A DNA stretch of 64,000 nt, from positions 124,001-188,000 of the forward strand of contig JAQGDQ010000101.1 in NCBI GenBank assembly GCA_030141605.1. The letters run 5' to 3'. This DNA comes from Tubiluchus corallicola (taxonomy: Eukaryota > Animalia > Priapulida). The notes beneath the pieces were generated by a model that was not told where the DNA came from, searched no databases, and saw only the letters and a program-made list of their open reading frames with translations. Below are positions 32,761 through 46,400 of the stretch, one piece after another (within the stretch, counting starts at the first letter, position 1; each line of letters starts with the position of its first letter). The position numbers were made by a program, and so were the translations under genes.

Positions 32761-35700
32761 ATGTTCTTTTTTACCAAGAATTTTAAAAGGAAATTACTGA
32801 CAGGTGTACTTGCTTATGCAACCATTATATTATGTTTGTGCATAATGTTATTGTGGTATACAAAGGTAAACGACCGCGTAAAAAGCTCTAGAAGGCGTAC
32901 CTTCGACGTGAGAGTTGTACACACGAAAATGCAGTCATCGACTACTCGAAATAGACTTACTAGGGGCACCGATACTACCGAAACTCTTTTCACGATCGCA
33001 CAATCTTCCCAGAAAGCTCCTCAAATTAATTTTTTCAAAACGTTTGAGTCAAGTCGGAGAAATGTGGAAGCAATGAATGCGAACAGATCGTTTTTGGACG
33101 CCTCACTGGTACGTAAAAGCGTTGTGTTCAAATTATTGTAAATATCATTTACCTATTTTTTCTGTATTAATTTTGTGTGCCGTACGTATAGCTACTGTAT
33201 GTGCAATAGACAATTCGAAAATGCCTTTGCTAGGCAGCACAACACATGATACGATGACATTAAATTTTAATTCTTTGCATTAGTGCAGCACTTGCATGGA
33301 AACCCTAGATGCATTTGGGAAAGTTCATTCAGATGAAGACTTACAGAGCCTACTATATTATAAACTTAAGAACGTCGGTTGTTGCACCAATTCGCATAGC
33401 ACTTTGAAGAAATTACTGGAGTAAAAAACCTAGTTTACAAAATTGGCCAACTACAGTTTAGAAAGAGTTTACAGATAACAATATATACGTACAATTTCCT
33501 CAGGTCAGTTTACAGCCCATTAGGAGGCTTCCCAGAGGAAGAACGAGCCCGAAGACATGAAAAATCAAAGAGAGAAAATTCACAGTGCCCAAAAAATATA
33601 TTTTTGAGCTTTTCAAATTATTTGTTACACCCATGCCGTTTGGCACTCAGACTCAGAGATAGATATTTCTGTTTAATGGAACAAGGTGAGCTATTTATAA
33701 TTTGTACAGATTTTCAATTTTCTTTGCAGCTAGACTGACCAGCAACATTAATCTTTTGGTAAATGCTTACTGAGTAACTGAGAATCTTTTTGAATTTTTG
33801 TGCCATTTTATTGTGCTGCCGTACTGAAGTGTAGAACAGAGGTGTAAAATCAAAATCGCAAGCAGAAAATGAAGCCACACTTGATGTAAAAATTCTCATG
33901 TGACATTTGACTAGGCTTTGTAACTGTCATGAAACAATTGTCTACCTATACACCACACACCTTTTTCTATAATATTAAAAGTGCTCTGTCAGGATTAAGC
34001 ATGATAGCAGAGGAACAGTTCTTTTTAGCTTACCTGGGTGGGGTATCTGAGGACATATTACAAATTAGCAACAAATTAAAGCTTTTTATGGTTTTTCAAT
34101 TTATTTACGGGAATTTGCTGATTAAGATTTTACTGGGAAAATAAGTGATTGTTATTTCCTTTCCATTTGTAGATGCTAGAACAAGCCAGAGCAATTCCAA
34201 GTGGACATAGCCCCAGAATTCAACAGGAACTTCCTCTTAACTCATCCGTGCTGCCAATATTGTTTATTGTATGTCCACATTCGCATGTCGATCCAGGGTG
34301 GTTAGAAACGTTAGAGAGCTATTACAAAGGGAAAGTGCACTACATATTGGACAATATAGTTAAAAAACTAACAACTCATACAGATATGACAATGATTTGG
34401 TCAGAAACAATTTTCCTTCACATGTGGTGGAACAGTGCTACGGCTGAGGAAAAAAGCAAAATGATAGAACTGGTGCATAATGGTAGACTAGAAATAGCTG
34501 GTGGTGGATGGGTAATGCCCGATGAAGCCACAACACACTATTATGGATTAATAGACCAATATATTGAAGGACATCAGTGGTTGGAACAAGTGTTTCAGAT
34601 AAAACCAACTACCCATTGGCAAATAGATGCATTTGGTGTGTCCAGCACTTTGGCTTACCTACAGGCAAAGATGGGCTTTCGCGACATAGTCATACACAGA
34701 ATCCATCATGGACTCAAATGGCTGCTTGCCATGCAGCGAAATTTAGAATTCTACTGGAGACAATATTGGGACAAAAATGGCATAAATGACATACTATGTC
34801 ATGCCACTCCATACAGATACTACCAAATAAAGTGGACTTGTGGACCAGACATATTAACGTGTTTGGAATTTGACTTTTACTTAGGCAATCCTGAAGCTAG
34901 ATTTACAGCAAGAATTAATAATCGTAATATCAAAGCCAAGGCTCAGAAACTAATCAATCAATATAAAGAAAAAATGAAATTATATAAACACAATGTAGTA
35001 TTAGTTCCGCTCGGAGATGATTTCCGATGGTACGAAGAAGGTGAATGGTTTCACCAGTACCATAACTACAGAAAGCTTTTTGATTTCATTAATGGAGAAA
35101 ACTTTGGAGTTCAGATAAAGTTTGGAACTTTAAGAGACTATTTCAATGAAGTACGTGCACGAGAGGGCTTACTTCCTTCACCACTACCAATTCTAACTGG
35201 TGACTTTTTCCCATATTCTGAAGAAGAATCTGGCTATTGGGTAGGATACTACACTTCCAAAGCTTTTGCCAAGAAGTTTTGCCGTTATGTGGAGTCCCGC
35301 CTTAGAGCCGCAGATATTATATACAGTTTAAGCACAGCTCAAGATGGTGAACATACAGGCAATATTAAACTAGCTAATGCTAGAAGGAACATCGCACTGT
35401 TTCAACATCACGATGCAATTACAGGTACTTCACCTCATGACACTGCAAGTGATTTTAAACGAAAACTATGGACAGCACTTACGGACATAAACAATGTTAT
35501 CTCATCAACTGCAGAAAAACTAATAAAAGTTAATGACAATCACGAACAAATTAAGTTTCACATAATAGAACAAATGGAAACACCGGAATCCATTCCAAGG
35601 AAAACTGTGATAGATGTCATCGGTAAAAGTGTTTCGCTTGTCCTGTATAACAGCATTTCTGTGAATCGAACAGACATTGTGAGATTTTTAGTTAATAATT

Positions 35701-37100
35701 ATAAAGTAAGCGTGCACGATGAGAATGGTGAACTGGTGCCAACCCAGATAAGCCCAGTTTGGGTGTCGCAGGGCTTGGTACAGACAAGCACTTTTGAGCT
35801 GGCATTTAAAGCACAACTCACAAGTCTAAGTTTAAAACTGTACACCATTAAACCAGCTAAAAGTTCCAGCCAGATAAGTAAGATAAGTGTGCTTAATGCG
35901 CCAGAAGGCTATGTCGTTAATCAAAGCATATTTCCAATAACATACAACATTCAGAACTTAACATTAAAGGGAAAGGGGTTCATGGCAAGTTTTTCTAGAA
36001 AATTTGGTTTACTAGAAAGCATATTATTGGACAATGGCAATACAATAAATGTGAATATTAACTTCTACCTTTACACATCAATTGGTAGTGGCTCCTATAT
36101 TATAGGAGACATGATACATGCACAACATATTCATCAGCATAAATCTGAACGTTTGCCAATCATAAGAGTGATACAAGGAAATGTTTTTGGTGAAGTACAG
36201 GTCTTATTCAACAGTGTAATACACAAAGTCATTATTGATACTGACAAGAGCGATGGAAATGAGCCTTTCTTCCTTCATATTGTAAACACAGTCAATGCTA
36301 GAAGTATTCCAAATAAAGAATTTATAATGAGAATTTCCTCAGATATAAAGAGTAATAACACATTCTTCACAGACTTAAATGGCTTTCAATTTGTGAGACG
36401 AAGCAAAGCAGATGACAAAACGCTATCATACCCAACAAACATCTTTCCAGCCACATCAATGGTAGGCATAGAAGACCAAGCTACTAAACTTTCTGTACTA
36501 CTGTCCCAGTCACATGCCGTGACTAGCCCCATTTCTGGTGCTATCGAAATAATACTAGACAGACTGATTACCACTACTGACCATAAGGGAAACCCAGAAG
36601 GAAATCCAGTTGTGTACGAGACAGAACAGCATTTTAAACTTCTTGTTGAATACACTAACAGTACAAACCTGACATCACACTTATTATCACTAAGTCATTA
36701 CAGCCATGTGTTGTCAGCCAAACTAAATAATCCTGTGGTTGATATGCTCATTGAAGGAAATAAATCAGTGCCACAAAAACTGGTGAATTTGCCACTACAA
36801 CTACCTTGGAACATCATCCTTGTATCATTGCGTGCCTTGTCTTCTGTATCTCAGAGTCGAGCAAATCGCTATGGTATTATTGTACATCTTCCGCAACAAA
36901 ACTGTACTCAAGACACGCCAAGATTTGACCAGTGCAATGACCAAGCCAGATTTACTTTTAATAGTATTTTACGCGATATAAAAATTTTTAATATTACCCA
37001 AAGCACGCTATCTTTTCTTCATGTAATACGAGCAATAGAGCCACATGAGCTTATAATTATGAATCCTTTAGATTTACTAGCTTTCCAGTTCCAAGTATAG
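32761..37100 (+). CDS. Golgi alpha-mannosidase II-like glycoside hydrolase (GH38), type II membrane protein
   Basis: Exon 32761-33108 encodes a short basic tail, TM anchor (LLTGVLAYATIILCLCIMLLWY) and stem and ends phase 0 (CTG|gtacgt); exon 34173-37100 starts phase 0 (tttgtag|ATG). Motifs PHSHVDPGW, GGWVMPDEA, WQIDAFG (nucleophile Asp), PLGDDF (acid/base), YWVGYYTS, LFQHHDAITGT, FFTDLNGFQ. Confidence 0.92.
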
Positions 37101-40100
37101 CATTTGGCCAGAGCTGCCCAACACAGGAATTGAATCATTACTCTGAACAAAATGCACATTAAATTCCACTTCTACCCTGCCATAACTTAAAGAATTATGG
37201 ACATGATTGGTGAATATTTTCAAGTAATTGTGCAGAAAATGAAAATGTTAAATTGTAATGAAAAATCATAGTCAAAAGCTCTGAACTTTTAAGGTTGCTG
37301 ACAAACTGACTGAAAACGTGTAAAAAGACTGCTTGTCGTCAACTATCCTTAAAAAAAATAAAATTGTCACAGAAGTTCCAGCATGTACTGATTGATGCCT
37401 TGTACAATTAAAACAAACAAAAAGCAATTATTATCATTATTAACAACCTGTACATAAATGGAGAATACAAGCACTAAAACAATAACAAATAAATGTGATC
37501 ATGTTGTCAACCGATTTTTTTAAAGCCAGAACGTATAGCCAGACCAAAGAGTTGTACATGTAATTAAGTGCAAAGCCTGTAATGTTCCATTAAGTACATA
37601 ACAAATGCTCCACAGAAGTAGAAGTTAAGTATGATACTGATGTTGCATCTGGTCTACCACAGGATCAGTAGTGATAGAAAGATTATGATACAGAATGCAG
37701 ATGTATTAAGTTATAGCTTAGTTAGGTTTACCTTAAAACTTAGAAAAGCAATACAGCAGTGAAAATATTGAACTTGGTCTTTATTAAAAAAACAACAAAC
37801 ATACAGTTTGTACTTTACTGTCATTCAACAATCCCTATTATTACATAAAGGGTGTACCTCTGTACAATGAAATATTCGTAAAGAAGCATTAAATTGCTTA
37901 CTGAAACTTATTACTTGAATAGTCACTATTAAACATTTGTACAATGTTTTTTAAATAAAAATTTGTACAATTTGTACAAAACAGCTACATGTCGTAAACC
38001 TCTCACTATTGTTAGGTTCTTAATCTTGTTGTACATTCACATTTATCAAGCAACAGTGAAACGGCATGTTATAAGAACAAGTATGATGTTTAACTTTTCA
38101 TATCTAATCGTTTGTCCTGCAAATTACTATAAAATAGCTGTAAAACACATAGGAATAGGGCTACCTTTTTGTTGTTCAAAAATTACATAAATTGTAAGCT
38201 CAATAGTAATATAAAGGTGTTCATTTGCAAATAATGATTTTATTTCTTTTTGCCAAATTGAAGACTACATGTTATTAATAATTCAGCTGGATGGTACACA
38301 GTGCCTGTGGTATAATATGCAAACAACGATGACACAGCTAGTTTTCCAAATACGAAATTCATAGATAAAGGAATAATAAACCCCTGTGTCTTTAAATGTA
38401 GTACACAAGAAATGGCTCAGTGCTTTTTAATTATGGTTTGTTTTATAAAAAAATAACAAGTTCTTCTATCAGAATAAAGCAAAATTATTAACTTAAAACC
38501 AGAATGCAATTTTAAGGCAGCACAAACAAATTAAATATTAAATTGTTTGTTACGTGCATATTGTCTAACAACATGCCATAATTTCAAGTTTTTTTAACCA
38601 TGTTGCCATCAAAACGCTGCAAACTTGACAAAAATTTCCGAAATAGCCTGAATATCCAAGCAAAAGCTGAGAAGAACACTTGTCCCCTCAATAACTACCC
38701 AAACAAAAAACTTCCTGTGAAGCAAAATTTTGATTCAATACGGTTAAGTGCTTAAGAAGCAGCTTTGTCAAATGCTTCTGTACTAAAACTAAAAATCAAA
38801 ACCACTTGCGTCTAACTTTCATCATTTAAATGACCCGCTAAAGAGGGGGAAAAAATTTTGCTTGTCTTTTGCAATCATATAAGTTCCTGGGTCTTACTTA
38901 GCTCGTTTCACATTTTACACATCTGACATTGCTTACATACTATGCAAATCTTGAACTCATTTATTTTAGAGCTAAACCATTTTTCACAAGATTAATCTGA
39001 TAATACAACAGGTTTCAGATCACTGCTAATTGCAGCTTCTGATAATTACTATAGTGCTTGCTGGTTAAGTAGTAACCATTCTATGTACACTGGTAATGGA
39101 AAAAAAATCAAGTTGTACAAAAGCACTATTATAAATTTGTCTAACCTTCCAATGGCATCCACTGTGTTTGTGGCACAAAACATTATTGATGGTAAGCAAT
39201 CGCCAAAAATTCCATAAATTACCTAAAAATGACTAAGCATTAGTACTAATTAAAAACTACTTATGATTAAGCATATGATGTTTCACAACAAAATTACACA
39301 AGCTGTTTATAAAGGTCTTCAATTTTTTGCATGTTCTACTGTTCATTGTTTTTGTAAATCTTCCATTTGCTGTATTATAAAACTACACCATTTTATGTGT
39401 ACTGTAATGTGCAAAAATACTTTCATTATCGTAATAACAGTCAAACCTCTTTAGTACTGCAAAAAAGTTGGCAGTAAACAACTTTGGTATTTTGGTACAG
39501 AAAGCTCAGCAAATTCTGTTTAAAAATTTAAATTTCAAGTTTAACGCACGAGCTGTCAAACACGTGCCCTTACATCACAACTGAAATGAGAAGTGCAGGG
39601 CCTGTTTGCTGTGCAATACGTTTTCATGGTGCAGGTGCTAGTGCATATGTAATGAGAGAATGGCGAAATGCATGTAACAGTGAAGAATTAGCCATGCAAA
39701 CGCGAAATTAGGTTTCAAGGCTGGTGATTTTTATATATAGTCACTCTTGAAAAAACACTGCATTCCCTTTCAATGTTTCATAGTTTCAATGTTTTGAGTT
39801 ATGTTTAAGATTGGGTCTGGTTTTCCTTTTAAGGCATTTTTCAACTGATAACAATTTGTAAGCACACTAAGCAGAGACGAGTAGTAGCGCTACCAAGGAA
39901 GTGCTCAAATTAAACAAACATTGAAGCAGCACAGTGCAAAATCAGAAAGCAAATTACTTCCAGAAGCACAATTTACTTGCAGGATAGGCTGACTTACAGT
40001 ATTTTTAGCTCTTAAGTAGGCTTAGACTCTGTTTTGGACATTTGCAGATAGCTTTTTCTGCATTATATTTTTTGCAATACTGACTTATTCACAAATCTAA

Positions 40101-40414
40101 GTAAAATGTCGAATAAGCTTTAGTAAATCTAAGCACATATTTTTTGTATTTTTGATATAAATGAACTAATAAACGTTGCTTCTCTAGCTGGTATCACAGT
40201 GACCCATCTTTTCCAAAAGAAGCGTAAAGTATTTGTGCTTAGTTTTTCATACTTCAAAACTACAAGCACACATTTTAATGACAGATCGACTTATAATATT
40301 CTTACAAATATTGAAGGGGTACAGACAAATCCCCTACGCTCTTAGTTTCACCCTTGTAGTCAAATTATTAAATGAAATAGATAATGAAGTTGTAGCACCG
40401 CCCCCTTACCAAAG

Positions 40415-43400
40415 CTATGCCATATAGATGAACATGTTTATATTATCTTCATCTCTCCGCATGTACTTGTGCTCGATGAGCCACTCTATTTGCTCTTTTA
40501 TCATTTTTTTGCTTGGTAGAAACATGTTCTTCAGAATCTCCACAAGTTCCGTTTGTAGCTGCGCATTTGTGATCTTCTTCCTCATCTTCATTATTTTCAC
40601 TATTGCTTCCTAAAAAATCAATATTCGAACTATAAGATCCGCAATTATTATTACTATAGTGTGGTCGGTCATAAATCGGTAAAATTTTCGGCGAAAATAC
40701 TGGTGACAGTGTCAGAAAATCTAGTTTTGAATAATTTGCTAGAAAAAAGTTTGGGAGAGTATATTATTTATTATTAATAGACTCACAGTGTCACTGTTAA
40801 TTCGATGAAATCATGATACTTAAAAGTTCTCAAGAATTACAGAAGAAGAATGCACACATGCTATGATCTAGTATGCCACTTATATATACATATGCAAATC
40901 TGTAAAATTAAAAATAAAAGGAAACAATTTCTTTTTAACATCATGAAATTAGCTTCAATGTATGACATAGCAGTTGATATCCCATTCCCAGAAGAATTTG
41001 TTGACCTAAACGTGTCTAGAAGGGCTTAAAAAGTTCTATTTACTCGCTGCTATTTATTCTGCCTGTTTAAAACGCACTCTCTCATGTTGAGCTAAGCAGT
41101 AATATGCAAATGCATGTACTCACAAATTAATTCAATGGTGTAGCACTCATATTTCCTAAATTATCAGACACATTCAACAACATTACAGAGATAATAATAA
41201 TTCAAAAATAATAAGAATTGAACAGCAGCCTATGGCACATTTAATGAAATGAGGGTCGCAAAGAAAGTGCAAATTATGTTTAATGACGAATGCCAGCCAG
41301 GTAATATAATTTTTTGAAATGCTCCTCTGGTCATAGATACTGCTCACTTTACCCAAAAAAACACAGGTACTTTTAATTCTGACACTTTGCACTATCAACA
41401 GCAAATTTCAGTAAATTTGTATTATTCTCTATATCACTGTATATAATTTATTAGCACTTACTGAATATAGTACATAAAAACCACACAAATTTCATAATAT
41501 TATGATATAATGACAATAAATTGCTTACTTACTTACTTAGTACAGTGTTTCAGTCTAATATTAGTCAGCATCAAGTACACTAATGATTAGTAACTTCTTT
41601 CTGAATTTTTTTCTGAATTTTATAACTATTGTTACAATAACGTGTAAACACATTTCAATATCATGCGTTTGCATCATTTATCTAATTTTCACAGCACCTG
41701 CGCAGTTTAGTTATGATCACATTACAGCATGTAAGCTTAAAATTAAGGTAACATTTGCAGTAATCACCACAACAACATCAGGTTCTTCAATGAGACGTGC
41801 TTAACCGACATCTGTGCAGGTCAGGATGACAAACTACACGACTTACAGCAATAGTTCAATTCAACAATTAGAAGGTATTTATCAAGACATTTGTGACGCA
41901 AGGCTTCAAAAGGGGGTTTAACTTAGCAAAAGTATTTTAGTCTTAGGCTTTTCTTTACACATTGCATTAAAACTAAAATAATTTTGAAAGAAATTCATAT
42001 ATGACCAGAAATTTTATCAAAAATAGTGTTAGAAGACAAACTGTGCAAAAAATCTGTTTGATTACTATTTAAGTTTCAGCTTCTTTTAAAAAAGATTCCT
42101 TATAAATATAAAAAAATCACATTTTTTATTTGGTGATAAGTTAAACCTCCCAGATGCTTAACACTAATGTCATTTTTTTATTTTGATGTGGCTAATAATA
42201 AAGTTTAAGTTTAAGTTTATTTTACTTTTCTATAGCGGATATCCATATCTACATGCTATAGCACGCTTTACAATGATTACAATTGTAATGTCACCTACCA
42301 CCAATATAATAAATTTACATAAAATTATAAAATGTATAAAGCAAATCAAAAACACATCAAGAAAATCAAAACATTAAAACCAGCAAGTTCTCTATTTAGA
42401 TTAAAATATCAAAAAACTTGCATTATGAACAGTGGCGGCTCAAGTACGCTTTAGCTCGTGTAAAGATAGGCTACTGTGGAACTGCAGCACCTTCTATTTT
42501 CACTCAGTAATATCAATAATATTCAATATAATAAATCTTTTTTCTTTAGTTCTTTCTTTATACTTGAGAAGAACCAGATTTAAATTTCAAATTCAATTTA
42601 CTTACATATTTCGCATCAATAATATATCATACTGGTAACATTTAATGTACATCATTGTATAATTTTAGTTCAAAATAACGGGTATAATGATAAGAATTAG
42701 TATCTATTTATGATAATACTACTGCGGTAATTCAAGAAGCTTATAATAGCTTTTAAGAATGGCTGAATATGAAATAGAAACAAGGAGGAGAATCTATATA
42801 CAAAAGTATGTAGAAAACAAATAAGTAAAAAACCAGAGCATGAGAGAGTAGTACTCTTTGTTTCACAGCCCAGCTCATAGCTCCAGCAACATGTGTTTGG
42901 CCGTTTTGCGCATGTAGCCATTCGCACAGGTCTGAGAAAAGATACTGTACGCTGCTTGGCTAGCTCTGCTGCTATGTAGAAAAAGTACTATATTTCATAC
43001 AGTTTCAGTTTCAATTGTACCATGTACCGTCATATTCTTGGATGTGATGAAGTGTAGACTCAGTCTTGTGTACTTAAATTATAAATAATTTAATCATGGC
43101 CACCTTGCATCCCCAAGAAATAAGTTCTATGACTGCAAGTGAACTTCAATAGCTTAATTTATCACATCCCCATGAGAAAGTTGCAGTTAAGAATTGTTTA
43201 AAATTTGATTAAAATCGCAACTACAAATTACAACATTAACATTACATATGTTTACTTCATGATACACAGTATTAAAACAATGACTAAAAATTTTCTAAAG
43301 CAGCACCCTACTAATTTTAACTACGAGCCGCCACTGATTATGAAGCTAAAAAATGTCTAGGAAGCATACATTTTAAACAAGAAAGTATTCAATTCACAAT

Positions 43401-46400
43401 CGATACAATTAAAACTATAAAATTACAAAGATGATTTAAAATAGTCTTTAGGAACACCAAAAAGCTTTTAAAAACAAGCAAGTTTTTAATTCGGATTTAA
43501 AAGTATCAAAAAGTATGTGATTATAAAAAATCAAACTTCAACCTTAAAACTGAGTTTAAAGATACGTTCTTACAGAAAATTTGATTGTGTTCTAGATAAT
43601 ATAGATGAAAGCATGGCAAACATACTGGACAATCCATTACCACCCTGGCCATTGTATTTTGGCACTTGGGTGAAAAAAGTCATAAGCATTGTCATTGCTA
43701 TTCAATGCGCCGTCACGTTTAGCGGAAACATTCTTGCCATCGGATCATTTATTAGAGATAAGAAACTTCGTACAACCCATAATGTATACATTGTTCATTT
43801 GGCTGCAAATGACGCAATGGTGGGAATCTTCCATATACCATTAATGTGGTGGGATCTGTATTACAGCAGCTGGCACACGTTTTCCTTATACAATAAGGTA
43901 TTCTGTGATACAGTTGTGCTTGTAGAAGTGGCTACCGGTTTCGTAGCTACAGGGAATGTCATTTTAATAAGTTGGGACACATACAAACTAATAATCGATG
44001 GAGCCCTTTATAGTCTAAAGAATACTATCAAGAAAGCTGTTATGTATTTGGTCACACTGTGGTGTTTCACGATTGTTTTTTATGGTATTGCTGTCTATGC
44101 TTGGGTGGACATAGTTGGATACACTATACATGACTCACTTTTGTACTGTGATGTAGAATTCAATCATCACAGAGAATTCACCATTTTCAGAAATATCTTA
44201 ACAATCTTCACACCAATGGTTCTACTGGCTTCGCTAAACATTGTCATATATCGTAACATACGCAGAAGATCCGTAAAAGCAATCCAACCAAACAATGCAG
44301 ATGTCACTCTGCAGAAACACAAAAAAGCTGCTCATGCAATGTTTCTCATTGTCTCATGCTTTGTTATTACATGGGCACCCTTTGCCTTGTACACAATAAT
44401 AAGACAATTCTGTGAATCTTGCTCTCATCCACACATTTACTTTCTCACCAATTGGTTCATCTATCTAAACTCCCTTGTAAATCCATTCCTATATGCTGCA
44501 TCAAGTCCTAGATTTAGAATGAATTACAAAAACTTTGCAAGATACGCCTACATGAAGATGAGAGCACTTAGGACTAATACAACAACACAGCAATCATAAA
44601 ACGAAGTGGGGAGCAGGCTAGCAAGCTTGAGGAGTTCTAAGCATATGAGATGTACTAAAAAGTAAAGGAATGGCTATGTAATCATACTCATTTTGGCAAA
44701 TAAATCATAAATTCTTAAATTTAAACCCAAAAACCTTAGGGATTAAAAAACTGCATTTCCATACCTAAAGCTGACAAAATGAACAAGCTTTTAGAACGAT
44801 GCAGCACTACAATACATTTTGTAATTAATAAATATTATGATACATATTTCTCTACAGTTAGCAAAAGTCCTGCAAAAATTCAATAAGTCTTTGCCTTTTA
44901 ATGATGATTTCATTTAACAATGAGGAAGTCTTGGCATTGACTAATGAGAGTGCAATCCATCTATGAAAGTTTCATTTTGACAATCTAGTTGTCAGCAGAA
45001 AATTTGAATACAATGAATGGAGGTTGTTTGAAAACATAGAACATAAGATAAACATATCTCAGAACAACATGCAGCCGTGCCTAGATGTCTGCAAATGTAA
45101 AAAATACTCAAAAAATTCTTTAATTTCCTCTGATGAAAAGCTGTGAAAACTAAAACAATATTTTCTGTCATTTCTTGTTATTTTTGGTGTTTCTCTTCAC
45201 ACTAAAACTTTGGAAAAATGCTGAGATTGTAATCATTTTTATCATTTCGAAAACATCACACAGTTTTGCGGACTTGAGCTTTTTCGAAAATTTCTGTACA
45301 TTCCTCAAAAATTTTAGGCATTGCTGACAATCAAAAATGTCAATCAAATACTGTGAGTAACTACCATATGTAGCAAATGCATGTACAGCTATGCAAGTAC
45401 CTGAGTTCTTAATATTCGTAATTGTACAATTCCCTCATTGTCCTCTTCTTTACTTCTCTCCGTTGATAACTGTAACCGGCCAATTAAATTAATTTTACCC
45501 CTTTTCTGTAGTTTGGCATTTTTCCTGTCAAAAATAGAATAGCTTTTTCAGCAACAGTAAACTGGAAGATGTAGTCAGAGTCACAGTATTTTTCTATTCT
45601 TAATGAAAGAAGCTTAAATTGAAATAAGTAAACACAGGCCAAAAAAGAAAGTAAGTTCTATTTATCTTGTCTATACAGGTCAGTTTACACTTTAAAATAA
45701 ATAATTACAATGTTTGTAACAGTATGTGAGTAAATATATGTCACATGTTAAAACAGGAGTATATATGTATTTAAACTGTCATAATCTATGTAACGATAAC
45801 AATGTACGTTTCATGTGGGTATTGCACTGAGACTGAACTTTGAACCTTTAACTGTTTGTGTAGTTAGAACACTGTTGTTCTTTTAATTATAAATGAATTA
45901 TTGTCCAATGTACTATAATCTTTCAATATACGTCATGTTATGGCATCATCATACTAGTATTATTACTGTTATTGTATTATATTATTGTTACTAGACAGTC
46001 AAGTATTTAATGTTAAGGCAGTCTAAAATACTGAATATAACAAAAGAAATTTAAAAATTATTGTCAATGATACAATATTAGGAACATCTTGTTCGTTTCT
46101 TATTACTGACATGATTAAATGTAATAAAACGAACTAAGAAGCCAGTTTTATTCAGCAAAAGTATAAAAATAACTTACACTAAAGCAAACTGTTGGTTGAC
46201 CCAAAATTTAGAGTCATCGGTGAAGTCTTTCGGTGATTTAGGTTCCGGATCACATAATAAAACCTGCCTTTTGATCTTTGGAAATGCTATCAGCGACTAA
46301 AAACAAAAAATACAATAAAACACAATGGCATTAAAAAAAATTGGCAACACAAGCACATAATATCACTAGCCATTGTAATTTGCATAGCAAAACAAAGTTG

